From Tubiluchus corallicola (taxonomy: Eukaryota > Animalia > Priapulida), in contig JAQGDQ010000480.1 of the NCBI GenBank assembly GCA_030141605.1, positions 1-64,000 of the forward strand: a DNA stretch of 64,000 bases. Reading direction: 5' to 3'. A program made the translations under genes and the position numbers. The notes under the pieces were generated by a model. The model saw only the letters and a program-made list of their open reading frames with translations, did not search any database and was not told the DNA's origin. Position 1 is the stretch's first letter, and every line of letters starts with the position of its first letter. Below are positions 11,184 through 64,000 of the stretch, in pieces.

Positions 11184-11581
11184 ACAACAACAACAACAAC
11201 AGCAGCGTCATTGCCATCATCATCATCATTAACATGATAATTACAAAACAACCCGGCTAGTAAACACAATTAAATTAACATAATTATACAGGTTAACAGC
11301 CGTACAATTTTGACTGTTTACTTATGTATAATTTCACACAAAATGCTAACTATTTTAAATTAATAGCTTTGTTCATATCACGCACTTATTACTGTATTAT
11401 TTAATTCAAAATAGTAATTGTGTTGCCATACATTCTCATGCTGATGTATAAATTTGTCGTACGATTTTTGATACTGCATTTTAGTGAATAAGAAAGAAAC
11501 AGGTTGACATGTAAGTATAAAATACAGGTTTTTGTGTTCATTCTTCGTTTGATTTTGTGATTTTCATTTAACTCAGAATAA

Positions 11582-44557
<32,976 letters not shown>

Positions 44558-47389
44558 TTTTTGTCACAGGGTTACTTAGCCGTTTTCCTTCCGTACACTT
44601 CAGCAGGTGTAGGTTTACTTAAGTAGGCTATCGTATAAAAGACCAATAAGATAAATGAAGACCTCTGTGTGTGATAATGCCAATGAATACGATAAGTCCT
44701 GTTTGATACTACAAAGTTCTAGCGTCATTAGTTTGTGTAACGATAATAAGACTAGTCACCAGGCCTGCACAAAGTAAACATCTTACTTATTATTATATTA
44801 CGTATTTATAGGCTAAATTTGTTATATGAGTAGCATGTCTCATTACTGATAAAATATTCGGTATCTCAGGCAATCAGCTGACACTTATTAGTTATAAATG
44901 AGATTTTGTAGCCAATAGGGGCGAAGTATTTCCATTTTTTCAAAACACAAAATTTCAAACCACTAAGCTATTTACTGAATCCGTTATTATAACTTAAAAT
45001 ATTACTATAACGTTTCCTTTTTGAATTAAAAATTGTTTATCATGTACAAATTTGAAATAATTTACGTTGTAATTTGCCTATCGTTTTACCTCAATTCTTT
45101 CTTTGTTATTTATTATTATTCTCTTATTATGCGATGACTGCACGTCATAAGCACGAATAAATGATAATAAATATCAGCTCACCCTTCAATGCAACCGCTT
45201 CACTAATAAAAAGTAGCCCAAATTAGTTATCACCTTAACCAGCTGCTTTTCTTTTGCTGGCACTGTAAGTATCATACTAAAATAAACATTCTGGTAGTTC
45301 AAACGTGCAGGCGCTTGTTTGCAAAAATATGAGCAAACCTAGCAAAACTCTTACAACATCGTAAAATGTAGGGTCTGTAAAGGCGAGGTAGCATGTTTTA
45401 TAGTCCACAATTTTGTACGAACAATCTCTACATGTATTATATTACAGTACAGTGCAAATTGTGCAAAAATTTGAACAGCGGCTGCAAACACATAAAACTA
45501 TCGGCAAATCGTTAGAGAGTTGTCATTCTAAGTTTCGGTCCAAAATGACCGTCCACATCCAGATTCTAACAACGCATATTGATTTGTTTTTAAACTCCGT
45601 TGTAAAAATTGAGGTAGCTTTCAGTATCTATCGAACTTGGGCAAGCTACATGCAACTATACTCACGAGTACAATGTGTGTTTAACTGTTTATCCCTGGAA
45701 GAATGTCGTTAATAGTGCACTCTTATCTGGGACTTTGTATCTTTTAAACTTTATTGTTTACTGTAATCAAGTTTTTTACACTTAAAAATGTAAAAATTCA
45801 CCACGTCCTGAAAAAACAGAAGCAGAAGAGGTACTTCAGTCAAAATGCTTTTTTCCCTGTGGAAATCTTCAATCTTGTTCGAAACGAAAATTTTAATGCC
45901 AGCGACTCTATTAACATCGCCTTTATTATCAGAAATTGATCCGTAACCGAATAGCTGAAACGTTTCGATGGATGAATTTCTGATAATGAAGATGACATTC
46001 GTAATATCGTGCATGTTGGCATTTTTGAAATGTCTTTCCAGGGTTAGCTTCTAAAAGTTTTTCAAGATACGTTTAACCAGTAACCTATGGCGCCGTTTTG
46101 AATTTATTTGCTCTTAATTGCCGCAATGTTTTTACAGCGGGCACGTGTTTTGATAAAGCGTGTTGGTTTCTTCATCAAAGACAAGCGAGCTTGCTAAGAC
46201 AAAGCATATGGCACTTAAAGACAAAGCCTATACCTTTGATATAACAAACCAGGTAATTGGACAACATGTCCTCGGGTAGAACGCAAGACAAAATTCAAAA
46301 GTGTCAGTGAACTTCGTCAGCCATTGAAAATTTATAAAGCTTGACAAACAGAAACTAAAATTGATTTGATTTAATCATATAGAAGCAAATCATATGAAAA
46401 GAAAAGACGGTGGCTAAGAAAACCCTTCTCTCTCACGCGAGGAGGGTTCAAGACACCCTGTGAACAATTTGCGCCCTTAAGAGAACTGACACTCGATAGA
46501 CACGTGTAAAATTTTATAATAAAGATCGATGGCTACCCCATTCACACACTTGTCCTGTAAATTTTATAAAAGGGTGCAAATTGATTGAGATGTGAATGTC
46601 CGTTTCTTCTTTCTCAACTGAAAGCAGAAGACGCTTCTGGTCACTGAACTCTATAAGGATCAACATTCAAGGAGAAAAAGTTTGTTAAAATAACAATAGC
46701 AATAACAACAACAACAACAACAACAACAACGACGACGACGACGACGACGACGACAACAACAACAACAACAATAATATTAATAATAATAATTTAGTGTCAT
46801 GTTTCTAAATAATTGAATATAGCAAAAGAAGTAATATATATGTAAGATGGAGACATCTTTCTTGATCACGATCTGTACAAATTAATCTTTCACTTGCGAT
46901 GTATTGAAATTTGTTAATTTATCATTCCTTGTTCATCCCCATTCACCACAGCAAATATTGCTTTCATCTCCTGGCAAATGAGCTGTCACATAGAGTGTCA
47001 TACATATGCAGGGCCCTGGCATGTTGATAAATAGCTTAATGCATTTACTATTCATTATTGGGGCGTGTAATTGCTTTAAAGAATGGAAACTGGGGGAATA
47101 AGCGTGGTACACATAAAGTAAACAACGAAACTAATGTTTGCAGTTGTTAGGATTGAACTAGGTTAATTAGCAAAGCATGTTTGCAGTCCTAACAGTCACC
47201 GAGCCATTGCAGGAAGCCACAAGACACGTACCTGCACCCAATTATTTATGTTAATACAGTTTTTTGAAGTGTAATGCGTTCAGTGAACAAAAGTTATTGA
47301 CATTCATGTACTGAAGTTCGCACAGGCAAGAAATGGAGTTGGCTATAATAGTGTTGTTTAAAAGTTTCATATTTATTGATTTAGGCTGC

Positions 47390-47885
<496 letters not shown>

Positions 47886-48795
47886 CGCACATGAGCTACA
47901 TTTTGCAAAGGTATAAATTCAAGTCCTCACAAGACTTAGTTGGATGAGATGGGTTCGAAACTTTTCTGATTTTGGAACAAAGTTGAATGAATTTTTGTTT
48001 TTATTACTACAACAACTATTGCCAAATAGTACGGCAGGCGTTCGTCAAAAGGTCTAGAAATTACACAAGGTAAATATGATCGAAATGCTATGTTTAAACC
48101 TAGACATTGCAAGCGCTCACATTAGATGCCAAACAACCATTAAATATGCCATGAAAATAGTCCTTTCAATTAGTGCATACTATAATTGTTCATATCCTAA
48201 ATGGTACATAATAACTCGCTTGCATAACGTTGTAATGAGCGCTGTTTATGTGCACTTCGAATCGCTATAATGCGCATGCGCTGAGCTAAATAAAGTCGCC
48301 TGCAGGTGTAAGTGCGGGCTTCATTTGTGACATGACGTGTAATAATAATGATAGAACCACAGGAAATTAATGTATGCGGGACTGATTACATTAACTTGTT
48401 ACGCAGAAAGACTTTCGTTTTCGCGAGTAGTTCGTGTAGCATACAGAAAGAAAGGTTTGAATGCTATCAGCAACAGAAGCAATTTAAAGACTAAATCGAA
48501 TGCTAGGGAGAAAATCTGAATGAAATCGAACAGGAATTTATTTTAGACTTGTATAAAGTAGTAAATAACAATTTAAATTCAAACTTCTGCAGTAGGAAAA
48601 ACAGTTTCTTCATTTCCAAAACCAAAAGTAAAATTGCAGGCCTTTTCATATTCCTCTGAAATGAGCATCTCTGTATCTGAATCGCGATTTAAGTTTTTCT
48701 GTTACCATTCAGGTAGCCTTGTTTGGATGAGTTTGGTTACACTAAAAAGAAACGAACTAAAACTTTCTAAAATTTACTAACAAAGTGATTCTGGT

Positions 48796-63243
<14,448 letters not shown>

Positions 63244-63764
63244 GTAAGTTCTTTACGCATACCTTTACACGAAAATCTTATCTTAATTAGTTTGTAAACA
63301 CAAAGATTAATTACCAATTATATAATGGTTAATGATAGTTTATGTTACCAACTTGTTACCAAAAGTGAGACCAAGTAGATGTAAAAATAGTTTTATATGG
63401 TTAGCTGCTGTTCTATTCAACAGTAAACATTTTAATAACTGTTGAATAGCGTACCTGGTGTAAAATACATTGATTAATTAAATAAATGGATGATGTTATG
63501 AATAATGCATAATGTGTATTTTTTATGTGTACGCCAATCTGGAGTTTTATTGTAAATGTGATTCTGTAATTGTATACATGTATATATATATGTAAATGTA
63601 TATATATTGGGATATTGTATTGTATTGTAATATGGGATATTAAATTATTGTAACAGTGAAGCGCCTTTGTATGCTTTAAATTGAAATAATTGAACCTTTA
63701 TGTGGCAGCCATGGCAAACACTGGAGAATGATAGAGAGGGGGAGAGAAAAGAGAAAGGATAGAG

Positions 63765-63767
<3 letters not shown>

Positions 63768-63818
<51 letters not shown>
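63768..63818. repeat. (GA)n microsatellite
   Basis: Directly visible. Confidence 0.95.
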
Positions 63819-63820
<2 letters not shown>

Positions 63821-64000
63821 ATTGCAAAATTTTATTTTCCTGCTTCGCCCTTCTCCTTGTCTATCTGTTTATTGTTTTCTCTCTATTTTTCACTATTGCT
63901 GATCATGTTAACAATTCTTTGCTTTTTCACTGCCACCCTCTCTCTCTCTGCCTTTCTGTTTTCCTCCTGTTTATTTTCGTAAATTTCTCACTTGTTACTG

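Noticed and set aside
45390-46090. Coding-looking stretch between the ACE and GPCR genes
   Set aside because: Short interrupted ORFs with no recognisable motif or splice pattern. Probably decayed TE sequence.

Overview
AT-rich, microsatellite-rich animal (most likely invertebrate) genomic DNA with three main components. (1) 1-8263: a nearly complete, young Gmr1-like Ty3/gypsy LTR retrotransposon. It has ~1.3-kb LTRs about 99.5% identical, a tRNA-Leu PBS, a PPT and the order gag-PR-IN-RT-RNaseH, with one frameshift. (2) 44557-11582, minus strand: a complete two-domain angiotensin-converting-enzyme (M2 peptidase) gene. I spliced it by hand into 28 exons (3750 nt, 1249 aa), with a signal peptide and a GPI-like C-terminus. 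(3) 48796-63243+, plus strand: a divergently oriented rhodopsin-class neuropeptide-type GPCR gene (5 exons seen, last exon outside the window), with a 5'-truncated LINE in intron 1. The introns hold many MITEs, tRNA-derived SINE heads and simple repeats. The most striking observation is that the 224-nt catalytic (HEMGH...E) exon of the second ACE domain is present as two intact tandem copies that cannot both be included in frame. They differ at the two S2-pocket positions that distinguish the human ACE C-domain (F391/E403) from the N-domain (Y369/R381), which suggests an active site switched by mutually exclusive splicing.
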